Below are positions 1 through 8,828 of a stretch of DNA of 64,000 nucleotides, piece by piece. The stretch lies in NCBI GenBank assembly GCA_965221165.1, contig CBDCRP010000003.1:1472001-1536000 (forward strand), read 5' to 3'. The DNA is from a bacterium (lineage in GTDB: Bacteria > UBA8248). The translations under genes and the position numbers were made by a program. The notes under the pieces are model-generated. The model ran no database searches and had not been told where the DNA came from. It saw only the letters and a program-made list of their open reading frames with translations. Numbering within the stretch: the stretch's first letter is position 1; each line of letters opens with the position of its first letter.

Positions 1-582
1 ACGACAACCTTTTTTGCCGTTTTTATTTTAGAGCTTTTTATCAGGCGAGTAGAACAAGGAATGACGGAAGAAGAGCTTATCCAAAGTTCATCAGCACCAA
101 AGTTCATAACTTGGTTTCGACGTTCGCCTAAATATCTGGTTACGGTCTTTGTTCTAACTTCAGCATTCGCATTATTCCAGAACATTGATTTGCCAATCCA
201 AGCGTGGCAGCTTTCTGCGGTGTTTGCCTGGCTCATGCTTCATAGCTTTCTCTTCGGGCATGAAAGAATAAGACAAAGAACATCGGAAGAGTTTCGTATC
301 GGTATGAGATGGATTCCAGCTGTATTGATTTTTTTCGCCTTTAACGGTGCTATTGCCGCAGAAAAAATCAGAGGCGGGGACGGCACTCAGTATGTGTTTG
401 ATCTTGAGGAAACAAAAATTGTCGGGACTTTGGTTCGAACCTTCGAAAAACATTATCTTATCTGGGATAAGGAACAAATAAAGCTACTAAGCGCGAGCAA
501 GGTTGCCCAGTTTTACCCAGCACCAATAGCAGAAGAAAAAATAAGGCAACTGACCACCAAAAACTGGGATCCGCATGAGTAA
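1..582 (+). CDS. Hypothetical membrane protein, 5'-truncated by the window edge
   Basis: Frame is open from base 1 through the ATG at 61 to TAA at 582; several hydrophobic segments; visibly AT-richer than flanking genes. Confidence 0.6.
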   Translation, partial: TTTFFAVFILELFIRRVEQGMTEEELIQSSSAPKFITWFRRSPKYLVTVFVLTSAFALFQNIDLPIQAWQLSAVFAWLMLHSFLFGHERIRQRTSEEFRIGMRWIPAVLIFFAFNGAIAAEKIRGGDGTQYVFDLEETKIVGTLVRTFEKHYLIWDKEQIKLLSASKVAQFYPAPIAEEKIRQLTTKNWDPHE

Positions 583-725
583 CTAAGAGTGGATCCTGTC
601 TTGCCCGTCATGTCCGCTGGGTAAGAGAAATTGCACAGTTCATCATCTACGCTGCGACGTGCCGAGGCCCTCTTCATGTCCGGCGGATCTGGTAATCGCA
701 ACCGATCACTAACCTCCACTCCCGC

Positions 726-1605
726 CTATTCGGCGGGAGTTCCCCCGGTCAGCCCGAGCTTCGCCGCTCGGAACATCGAGGCCATGCTGTAGACCGCGGT
801 GAAGAGGGAGAGCACGAGAATGGTCGCCGTGATGGGGCTGGTCAGCAGCGCCGTCATGTCCCCGCCCGATATCGTGAGCGCGCGGCTCAGGTTGATCTCG
901 ATGATCGGCCCCATGATAAAGGCGAGCACGATGGGCACGACGGGAATGTTGACCTTCTCGAAGAAATAGGCGATAGCGCCCAGAATGAGCACCATGACGA
1001 CGTGGGACGTGTAGTTCGCATACACGAAGCTGCCGACGACGATGAGAATCAGGACGAACGGCCCCAGGATGCGGCAGGGCACCTTGGCGACTAAGCTGAA
1101 GGCGGCGGGTGCCGACGAGGCCCATGCACAGGAGCATGAGGTTGATCACGAAAAGGCCGATGAACACCGTCATGACGAACATCCCGTTGTCTCGGAAGAG
1201 CAGCGGGCCGGGAACCAGGCCCTTGCTGATCAGTACGCCGAGAAGAATGGCCGCGCCGCCCGAACCCGGAATGCCGAGCGAGAGCGGGGGCACGAGCGTA
1301 TCCGCGACGAGGGCGTTGTTCGAGCACTCGGGCGCGGCGACGCCCTCGATGATGCCGGTGCCGAACTCCTCCGCCGAGCGCTTCGACCACCGCCTCTCCT
1401 CGCTGTAGGCCAGCATGCCGGCGATCGATCCGCCCGCTCCCGGAACGGCGCCTACTCCTGTTCCGATGAGGCTCGCGCGAATCCAGGTGGGGATGAGCCT
1501 GCGGATTTCCCACGGCTGAATCCGGTTGCGCTCGTCGGCGGCTCCTTGAGTGGCGGTTTCTTTGCTTTCAATCGTGCGTCTGTGCTCCACCAGGAGATGG
1601 AACGC
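726..1605 (-). pseudogene. tctA: Tripartite tricarboxylate transporter permease (TctA family), N-terminal half missing and frameshifted
   Basis: Motifs GAVPGAGG, GVAAPECSNNA, LGIPGS, PGPLLF; one extra base near 1105 shifts LVGTR/AFSLVAKVP into the 726..1082 frame; no TctA N-terminus upstream; left limit of homology approximate. Confidence 0.8.
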
Positions 1606-1775
1606 GTTATTTCGCCGAGCGGGGTGCAAAACGTCTGAAAATCCTGTCTAATGCCGGAATCATAAAAACTCCGAGGCGCGAGGAAGCACTCCCGCAGAAG
1701 CGGCGGACGCGGGAACCCGAAGATCGGGAGAGGGATTGCGCCGCTCCGCCGAAGGACAAACGGAGGAATTCATTC

Positions 1776-2666
1776 ATGACCGACAGCAGCGTGTTGTCTT
1801 ACAGCGGCGTCACGGACCTTGGAAACGGCAAGGCCTATGCGCTGCACAACGTCTTTGCGCTCGACGGGCGGATAAGCGCCTATCCTCTCAGCGCCAGGGG
1901 TTTCGCACCGTCTAACTGCTATCTCCTTTGCGAGGAGGACGGCGCGATTCTTCTCGACACGGGCTATAACGGACACAGGCGCTCCCTGTTCGAACAAATC
2001 GGCTCGATCATCACGCCCGACACCCCGCTGTCAATCTACCCGCTCAGGCTCAACGAGTTCATGTCCGTCGGAAACGCAGCCGCCCTCGCCAGGGAGTTCA
2101 ACGTCGTGGAATGCTTCGCCCGGCGGCCCGACATGGATTTCTGGCTCGATTTCGACGTGGAGAAATTCGGCCCCAAGAGCGAGGAGGAGCAGATATTCCC
2201 GACGACCGTCCTGGGAAACGAGCTCGAATGCCGCGTCGGGCAGAACAAGAGCCGCGTCATTCACGGCATAAACGCGCCCATTCGCCTCATCACCACGATG
2301 TGGATCTACGACGAAGCCACCCGCACCCTTTTCTCCTCGGACATGTTCAGCCACGTCTGGGGGGACGACCCCGAGGGACCGTGGGCGGTGGAGGAAGAAT
2401 CTGTGACGACCTCCGCATTCGTGCGCTCGTTTCTGCTGAACACGCGCTACTGGTGGCTCGAGGGCGTGGAGACTGGCCCGGTCCGCAAGGGCATCGCCGA
2501 CGTCTTCGACAGCTACGACATCGAAAACATCGCCCCCGGATACGGAGCCGTTCTCATGGGACGCGAATTGGTCGAACGCCAGTTCTCGGTGCTCGACGAG
2601 GTTCTGCGCGACCTGGATCGCTCCGTCGTCTCGCCGCGCTACATTCCCCGCGACATGGAAAGGTAA
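1776..2666 (+). CDS. MBL-fold (FprA/ODP-like) protein with degenerate metal ligands
   Basis: NCYLL..LLDTG, TLFSSDMF, IAPGYG; HxExxH site replaced by LRLNEFMS; GGAGG SD upstream. Confidence 0.7.
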   Translation: MTDSSVLSYSGVTDLGNGKAYALHNVFALDGRISAYPLSARGFAPSNCYLLCEEDGAILLDTGYNGHRRSLFEQIGSIITPDTPLSIYPLRLNEFMSVGNAAALAREFNVVECFARRPDMDFWLDFDVEKFGPKSEEEQIFPTTVLGNELECRVGQNKSRVIHGINAPIRLITTMWIYDEATRTLFSSDMFSHVWGDDPEGPWAVEEESVTTSAFVRSFLLNTRYWWLEGVETGPVRKGIADVFDSYDIENIAPGYGAVLMGRELVERQFSVLDEVLRDLDRSVVSPRYIPRDMER

Positions 2667-2668
2667 AT

Positions 2669-3442
2669 ATGAACCCGCACGACAACCCCCTTCCGCGTGA
2701 AATCGCTCCCGGCATTTTCTGGCTCGGCATCTGCCACGAACAGCACCACAAGGGAAAGATTTACCACAGCTATAATGCGGCCTTTCTCCTCATCGGCTCG
2801 GAAGGCTCCATGCTCGTCGAGACGGGCCACCAGGGGGATTTTCCCGTCGTTTCCCGCCAGGTGCGCGAAATACTGGCCGAACGCGGCTCCACGCTCAAAT
2901 ACCTGTTCCTCTCCCACCAGGAAACCCCCCATGCGGGCGGGCTGGGGCGGCTGCTCGAAGCCTATCCCGAGATGACGGTCCACTGCGACGTGAGCGACTA
3001 CCATCTCTCCTACCCCGAGCATGCCGACAGGCTGAGGCACATGGAGGTCGGCGACACCGTCGATCTGGGCGACCGGCGCCTCATCGCCGTCGAACCGGTC
3101 GTGCGCGACCTGCGGACATCGCTCTGGGGATTCGACACCGGCGCGCGCGCCCTCTTTCCGGGAGACGGCTTCGCCTACAGCCATTACCACTGGGACGGCC
3201 ACTGCGGAAAAATCGCGGAAGAGGCCGCCTCGCTCGATCTGGCGGAAGTCCTGGGAGTGTTCGCGGAGCGGGCGCTGTTCTGGACACGCTTCACCGACAT
3301 GAACATCTATTCGGACCGCCTGGAGGAGTTGCTCGAAGAGCTCGACGTCGCCGTGGTCGCGCCCTCCCACGGCCTGCCGATTCTCGACCTCTCGGTCACC
3401 ATGCCCAAAGTACGCGAAGGTCTCATCTCCGGAAATTCCTAA
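2669..3442 (+). CDS. MBL-fold metalloprotein (FprA N-terminal/ODP-like di-iron domain)
   Basis: PREIAPGIFWLG start, SHQETPH, LFPGDGF, APSHG; ATG 2 nt after the previous stop. Confidence 0.8.
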   Translation: MNPHDNPLPREIAPGIFWLGICHEQHHKGKIYHSYNAAFLLIGSEGSMLVETGHQGDFPVVSRQVREILAERGSTLKYLFLSHQETPHAGGLGRLLEAYPEMTVHCDVSDYHLSYPEHADRLRHMEVGDTVDLGDRRLIAVEPVVRDLRTSLWGFDTGARALFPGDGFAYSHYHWDGHCGKIAEEAASLDLAEVLGVFAERALFWTRFTDMNIYSDRLEELLEELDVAVVAPSHGLPILDLSVTMPKVREGLISGNS

Positions 3443-3492
3443 AGCGGCTGCGCACCGAACCCGACTTCTCCCGCACGCTTGAAAGGAAAGCG

Positions 3493-4686
3493 ATGGATTT
3501 TTCCCTGACCGAGGAACAAAAAGCACTGCAAAAACTGGCGCGTGATTACGTCGACCGGCACGTGCGTCCCGTCGCCGCCGAGTTCGACCGGAACCCGGAT
3601 CCGCATGAGTGCATCCCCACCGGCGTCGTCGAGGAAGGCTCGAAGCTCGGCCTCCGCACGCTGGCGCTGACCGAGGAGCGCGGCGGCGGGGCCGACATGC
3701 TCACCCTCTCCATCGTCGGCGAGGAACTAGGCGCCGGCGACCTCGGCGTGGCCGCCACCTTCGATCAGACCTGGAAGTTCACCCCCATCATCGAGCACTG
3801 GACGAACGACGAGCAAAAGGAGCGCTTCCTGCCGGCGTTCGTTTCGGATCACCGCTTTCACCTGGCGACGTGCATGACCGAGCCCGACGCCGGGACGGAT
3901 CACGTTCTGCCCTACGCCGCCCCCGGCGCGGGCGTGCAGATGCGCGCCGAGCACGACGGGGAGCTCTACCGGCTCAGCGGCGTCAAAAGCTTCATCAGCA
4001 ACGGCGGAACGGCCAAGCTCTACATCGTCTACACGCGCACCGACAAGAGCCGGGGCGGCTTGAAGGGGATGACGCCCTTTCTCGTTCCCGCGGACACGCC
4101 GGGCTTAAGCGTCGGCCAGATCCACGACAAGATGGGCCGCCGCCTTCTGAGCAACGCCACGCTCGTTTTCGATAATGCCGAGGTCCCCGCCCGCAACCGC
4201 CTGGGGAAAGAAGAGGGCGAGGCCGAGGCGCTGCGCACCAGCCGCATAGCCCGGGGAAGGGGCGGCTACGGGGCGACCGTGCTGGGCGCGGGCCGGGCCG
4301 CCTTCGAGGAAGCCGTGCGCTACTCACAAGAGAGGGTGCAGGGCGGAAAACCCATCGGTCAGCATCAGGCCGTCGCCCAGATGATCGGGGAGATGTACAC
4401 GAGGCTCGAGACGGCGCGCTCCGTCCTGTGGCGTACCTCATGGGCGGTGGATCACGCCGAGGACTACGACCCGAAAATGTCATGGCTCACCAAGGTGGTT
4501 TGTTCAGAAGCCGCGTATGAAATCTGCCGCCTGGCGCTGGAGGTGCACGGCGGGGTGGGCTACATGCGCGAATGCCCCGTCGAGAAATACCTCCGCGACG
4601 TGATCTCGTTTCTCCACGGCGCCGGGAACAACCACATCTACCGGATCAAGATCAGTTCGAGGGTCACCGGCCTGCCGCCCGAATAG
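3493..4686 (+). CDS. Acyl-CoA dehydrogenase family flavoprotein
   Basis: MDFSLTEEQ, TEPDAGTD, GVKSFISNG, DKMG, RVQGGKPI, HGGVGY..EKYLRD. Confidence 0.9.
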   Translation: MDFSLTEEQKALQKLARDYVDRHVRPVAAEFDRNPDPHECIPTGVVEEGSKLGLRTLALTEERGGGADMLTLSIVGEELGAGDLGVAATFDQTWKFTPIIEHWTNDEQKERFLPAFVSDHRFHLATCMTEPDAGTDHVLPYAAPGAGVQMRAEHDGELYRLSGVKSFISNGGTAKLYIVYTRTDKSRGGLKGMTPFLVPADTPGLSVGQIHDKMGRRLLSNATLVFDNAEVPARNRLGKEEGEAEALRTSRIARGRGGYGATVLGAGRAAFEEAVRYSQERVQGGKPIGQHQAVAQMIGEMYTRLETARSVLWRTSWAVDHAEDYDPKMSWLTKVVCSEAAYEICRLALEVHGGVGYMRECPVEKYLRDVISFLHGAGNNHIYRIKISSRVTGLPPE

Positions 4687-4841
4687 CGGCCCGGTGAACG
4701 GTTTGGAACGAGGCGGACTTCGCAAGCCGCGCGCAGGACCAAGACCGGGGAGCGGGACGTTTGAGCGGATCGTCTCCCCCGTCCTCGATTACGGCGCATA
4801 AGCCTAACTTTCGACCTCATCTTCCCGAAAGGAGACCGACG

Positions 4842-5267
4842 ATGCCGAAGCGGATCGAACCCGTGGATTGGCCCGACAGGCTCGACGTCTGGACGCCCTA
4901 CTCGATGGCCATAAAGGCGAGCGGCGGGACGAGCGTCTATTTTGCGGGGGTCACGGCCGCGCCGCCCTATCACCACCATCCCCACCGGCCCGAGGAGTTC
5001 GATACGCTCCCAGGCGATTTGCCCACCCAGACGCGCATGGCCCTCGAGAACCTGAAGAAAAGCCTCCAAGCCGTGGGAGGGACGTTCAGCGATATCGTCT
5101 TCTTCCAGTTCTTCTCGACGACGATGGAGGGCGCCGCCGAGGCGGGGGCCATCCGGAAAGAGTATTTCGGCGACCACCGGACCGCCTCCACCACGCTTCA
5201 GGTCGTGCGTCTCGCCACCGACCCCAGGTGCCTGGTGGAGGTCAACGCGATCGCGGTCGTGGACTGA
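4842..5267 (+). CDS. RidA/YjgF family protein
   Basis: PYS, QTRMALENL, RTASTT, LVEVNAIAV; AGGAG SD before ATG 4842. Confidence 0.85.
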   Translation: MPKRIEPVDWPDRLDVWTPYSMAIKASGGTSVYFAGVTAAPPYHHHPHRPEEFDTLPGDLPTQTRMALENLKKSLQAVGGTFSDIVFFQFFSTTMEGAAEAGAIRKEYFGDHRTASTTLQVVRLATDPRCLVEVNAIAVVD

Positions 5268-5407
5268 GGAGAGCCCCAAGCGAATTGCCCACGCCCGCCA
5301 CATTCGGCTATCATCCGGTGCTGGCGAACCAGGACCTGAGACAACCATACGAGTCGCACCTCCCCTTTTCTCCAGGGAACGGGCGGCATCCGCAATCCAG
5401 AGGAGTC

Positions 5408-6259
5408 ATGGCGGTGGATATCATCAACGAAATCGGCGCAACCGCATTCGTCATCTCATGTATGCGGGCGATGGAAAAAGATCAGGAATACAAGCTGTTC
5501 GACGATCCCTACGCGGCGTTGTTCGTCAATGAGGCGATAGAGGAGAAGGTCCAGGAGCAGATACGCGTTTTCCCGCCCTCGCTGGAGCTGGTCCGTTACC
5601 GGGTTTGCGTCATGAGCGAGGTCGTCGAGCGCGGCATCGAGAACGGCGCAAAGCAGATCGTCTCACTCGGCTCGGGTTTCGACATGCGCGCCCACATCTA
5701 TCAAACCGAAGGCGTCCGGTTCTGCGACGTCGATCAGCCGGCGGTGCTCGGCTTCAAGAACAAGATCCTCGAAGCCAGCGGCGTCGCGCCCTGCGCCGGA
5801 ATCGAGTGCAATTACCTGGAAGTCGACCTCGCAGAAAAACTCCGCGAAGCGGGCTTCGATATTGAAGCTCCCATTCTGTTCATATGGGAAGGCAACACCA
5901 TGTATCTGCCGGTCGATCTGATCCATGATTTTCTGGATCGGCTGCGCGCGCAGGTTCCGCGCATGACCATCGCCTTTGATTATTTCTCGGAAAAGGTGAT
6001 CAACCGCACGTCCGGCGACGACAAAATCAGCGAAGCCACGGATCTTTTTGAAAACAACTTCGGAGTGAAGTGGTTGACCGGCTTCGACGATCTCTCCGTT
6101 TTCAGGGAAAAACACGGCTTCGAGGTGCTCGAATCGGGAAGTCTGGTAGACGTCGGCGAGCGCCATGCGCCCGAATTCGTGGCGGCCATGAAAGAAGAGA
6201 TGGGTCTGACGGGCGACCTCCTGGAGTTGTACTTCTATTGCGTGCTCGAGGCATCCTGA
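5408..6259 (+). CDS. SAM-dependent methyltransferase, LCM/TIGR00027-like (copy 1)
   Basis: TAF..RAME, FDDPYA, QIVSLGSGFDMR, DVDQPAV, WEGNTMYL. Confidence 0.85.
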   Translation: MAVDIINEIGATAFVISCMRAMEKDQEYKLFDDPYAALFVNEAIEEKVQEQIRVFPPSLELVRYRVCVMSEVVERGIENGAKQIVSLGSGFDMRAHIYQTEGVRFCDVDQPAVLGFKNKILEASGVAPCAGIECNYLEVDLAEKLREAGFDIEAPILFIWEGNTMYLPVDLIHDFLDRLRAQVPRMTIAFDYFSEKVINRTSGDDKISEATDLFENNFGVKWLTGFDDLSVFREKHGFEVLESGSLVDVGERHAPEFVAAMKEEMGLTGDLLELYFYCVLEAS

Positions 6260-6264
6260 GGTCC

Positions 6265-7086
6265 ATGAACATCAACGAAGTCGGCTCCACGGCGTTTTTC
6301 CCTTCATGCGTCCGGCAGATGGAAAAAGACGAGGCGCGCCCGCTCTTCGAGGACCCCTACGCGGGGTGGTTCGTCGACGAGGAAGCGACACAAAAGTTCC
6401 GCAGGCTCATCCACACCTTTCCGGCGGTCCGGGAGACGGCGCGCTACCGCGTTTGCATCATGAACGAGACCCTGGAGCGCGCGATCTCAGACGGTGTAGG
6501 GCAGATAGTCACGCTGGGCTCAGGCTTCGACATGCGCTCGCAAATATTTCGGGCCGAAGGCGTCAGGTTCTGTGACGTCGATCAGCCTGCGGTGCTCGAA
6601 TTCAAACGCAAGATTCTCGAAACCCGCGGCGTCGCGCCCTGCGCCACGATTCCGGAAAATTACCTCGAAATCGACCTTCCCCGAGAACTCGCCGGGGCGG
6701 GTTTCGACTTATGCTCCCCCACCCTGTTCATATGGGAGGGGAACACCATGTACCTGCCGGTCGAACTCATCCACGATTTTCTGGACCGGCTGTGCGCGCG
6801 GATTCCGCGCATGAGCGTGGCCTTCGATTATTTCTCCGAAAAGATAATCAACCGCACGTCGGGGAATGAGAAGATGACCGAAACCACGGATTATTTCGAA
6901 AACCATTTCGGGGCGAAATGGGTGACCGGCTTCGACGATCTCTCCGCCTTCGAGAAGAGAAACAACCTCAAAATCATCGAATCAGGCGCAATGCTCGATG
7001 TCTGCAAGCGCCATGCGCCCGAATCCGCCCCGGCTCTCGCCGAGTGGAGCGGGCTGCACTCCTACTGCGTGCTCCAATCCAACTGA
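6265..7086 (+). CDS. SAM-dependent methyltransferase, LCM/TIGR00027-like (copy 2)
   Basis: Same motifs as copy 1 (LGSGFDMR, WEGNTMYLPV, AFDYFSEK, TGFDDLS). Confidence 0.85.
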   Translation: MNINEVGSTAFFPSCVRQMEKDEARPLFEDPYAGWFVDEEATQKFRRLIHTFPAVRETARYRVCIMNETLERAISDGVGQIVTLGSGFDMRSQIFRAEGVRFCDVDQPAVLEFKRKILETRGVAPCATIPENYLEIDLPRELAGAGFDLCSPTLFIWEGNTMYLPVELIHDFLDRLCARIPRMSVAFDYFSEKIINRTSGNEKMTETTDYFENHFGAKWVTGFDDLSAFEKRNNLKIIESGAMLDVCKRHAPESAPALAEWSGLHSYCVLQSN

Positions 7087-7148
7087 GGTTCGTGGAATAG
7101 GGTGAGGCTGCCGCCATCCCCTCACCTTGATTTGATCGAAAATGACCC

Positions 7149-7450
7149 GTAGGTCGGACATATATGTCCGCCACACATATATGCGACCCGTGTTTTGAAT
7201 CTAACAGGGCCGGGCCGCATGTATGTGTGGGGCGGTCCCGAGGAGGAACCACCACCTACAAAAGACTCATTCCCCCTTCGTACAAGGTTGACCCGCAAGT
7301 CGCCACCTTCGGGAGAGTTGGCCGCACGAGACACAGTAGGGACGAACCCCTCCTCGGGGTCGTCCCACAGGTCGCGAACCGCCCCTACACCGCCTGATAA
7401 ATTGCCGAAAAATTCCCGTCCGAAATATGGGTCTCTTCACCAACCCCTAC
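7149..7450. repeat. Cluster of GTAG-type REP-like palindromes
   Basis: GTAGGTCGGACATATATGTCCG, GTAGGGACG..CGTCCC and ..CCCCTAC ends between convergent genes; 16-bp CCGGGCCGCATGTATG (7210-7225) recurs at 33983-33998. Confidence 0.6.
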
Positions 7451-7824
7451 AGCGTGATGACGAGGTCGGGCGCGGCGGGGGCGAGCGCCGTGTAGAGCTG
7501 CGGGAAGCAGCCGGCGCCCACTCCGGCCACCAGGCCCTTCGCCGTCACGTCGCCCGAACCGCACTGCTCGAACGTGCCCTCGGCGAGGTTGCGCCTCACG
7601 GCGCACTGGTCGCAAACCATGAGGAGGATGTTCTGCTCCGCGGCGACCTTGGCCAGACGCTCGCCTATCTCATCGCCCTCGCGCAGGCAGAAGAGATTAT
7701 CGTCGAAGAAGAACATGCCGACGACGTTCACACCGTGCGCGCCGGCTTCTAGTTGCGGCAGGATCATGGTGCCGAGCTTGTAGGTGGCCGACATGTCGGT
7801 GGCGAAAACATATGCGATGTTCAT
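7447..7824 (-). CDS. DsrE-related (SaoD-like) small protein
   Basis: GMFFFDDN, VCDQCA..R, GCFP motifs; GAGGAGGA SD. Confidence 0.7.
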   Translation of the reverse strand: MNIAYVFATDMSATYKLGTMILPQLEAGAHGVNVVGMFFFDDNLFCLREGDEIGERLAKVAAEQNILLMVCDQCAVRRNLAEGTFEQCGSGDVTAKGLVAGVGAGCFPQLYTALAPAAPDLVITL

Positions 7825-7952
7825 TGTTTGGATTCCTCCTCGGGTGCGTCTCTCGACTGATGGATAATGACCCTGCTACCCCTGTTCGCAACAAGCAAAG
7901 TTTATCTGTCATCTGGATGCGGGGGTGAGACTCTCATCCTCGGCATCCGGCG

Positions 7953-8783
7953 TCAACGCCATCCTCTCATCTCGATGAGTTTCTTGAACCCGAAGGTTCC
8001 CCTCGCCCGCGCGGGTTCGATTCGCTCGATTTTTTCACCCTTATGCGTGAAGAAAAACATCTTCTTGTACAAACAACCGGAGGGGCAGTCCCCCCATGCC
8101 TTGCGAACGACGATACGCCAGACGTCATCTGATTTCGACGCTTCGACGTCGGAACCATCCCCCAAGTGCGCATCGGACTCCGCGTACCTGACTCCCTTTA
8201 TCTTCAGGTACGCTCTCCGCGCGGCGTCTACGTTTGCGCGCTCGCTCAGGTGCATGACGAGGACGCCCGTGTGGCGGTATGGCCGCACGGCCCGAAGCCC
8301 GAGCCTCGCGTTCAAGGCGTCGAACGCCGCATGCCCGGTGCGGAGTTTTACGGGCCCGCTTTTACCTTCAAGAAGGCCGGCAACCGCTTTGAACAAATCA
8401 GGCCTTACACCCAGGAGAAGCACACCGGGCAGATGGGCCGCCCGGGCGGAAATCTTAGCCACCTCGGGATGCGCTTTCTTAAGCCGCTTGAGCACCCCCC
8501 CGATCTCGCGTGCGAGTTCGCGCCGCCGCTTCGCGTCAAGGAGCAAATCGTCGTTTTTTCTCGCCAGAATCCGGTGGGCCAGAGCAAAGGCCTCGGAGAC
8601 CTTGGGAGTCTCCCTGGAATCGGCGCGCACGACCACCGGAGCCGCATCTGCTCCCCACGCTTGCGGCTTCAGTGAGACACACCAGCCCGCCAGCAACACG
8701 AAGCAACACGCCGCGAAACGAACCCACATCGTCTTGACCGGGTTTTCGCCACGCTTTTTGTGATGAAACAGACGCCAACTCAT
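7953..8783 (-). CDS. Putative secreted basic hypothetical protein (alternative start 8729)
   Basis: Signal-peptide-like segment ending AWG-A; C-terminal WGDCPSGC motif. Confidence 0.6.
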   Translation of the reverse strand: MSWRLFHHKKRGENPVKTMWVRFAACCFVLLAGWCVSLKPQAWGADAAPVVVRADSRETPKVSEAFALAHRILARKNDDLLLDAKRRRELAREIGGVLKRLKKAHPEVAKISARAAHLPGVLLLGVRPDLFKAVAGLLEGKSGPVKLRTGHAAFDALNARLGLRAVRPYRHTGVLVMHLSERANVDAARRAYLKIKGVRYAESDAHLGDGSDVEASKSDDVWRIVVRKAWGDCPSGCLYKKMFFFTHKGEKIERIEPARARGTFGFKKLIEMRGWR

Positions 8784-8828
8784 CTTATCGATTCTCCATT
8801 AAGGGCTTCGCCAGCCATAGATTCTCCC

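Noticed and set aside
2111-2668. 443-aa version of the second MBL ORF
   Set aside because: The N-terminal extension overlaps the first MBL gene in another frame; the start at 2669 fits domain and operon spacing
4868-5407. Long N-terminal extensions of the methyltransferase ORFs (also 6070-6264)
   Set aside because: They overlap real upstream genes; paralog alignment supports starts at 5408 and 6265
7087-7446. CRISPR array
   Set aside because: Palindromes are heterogeneous, with no constant repeat-spacer period and no cas genes
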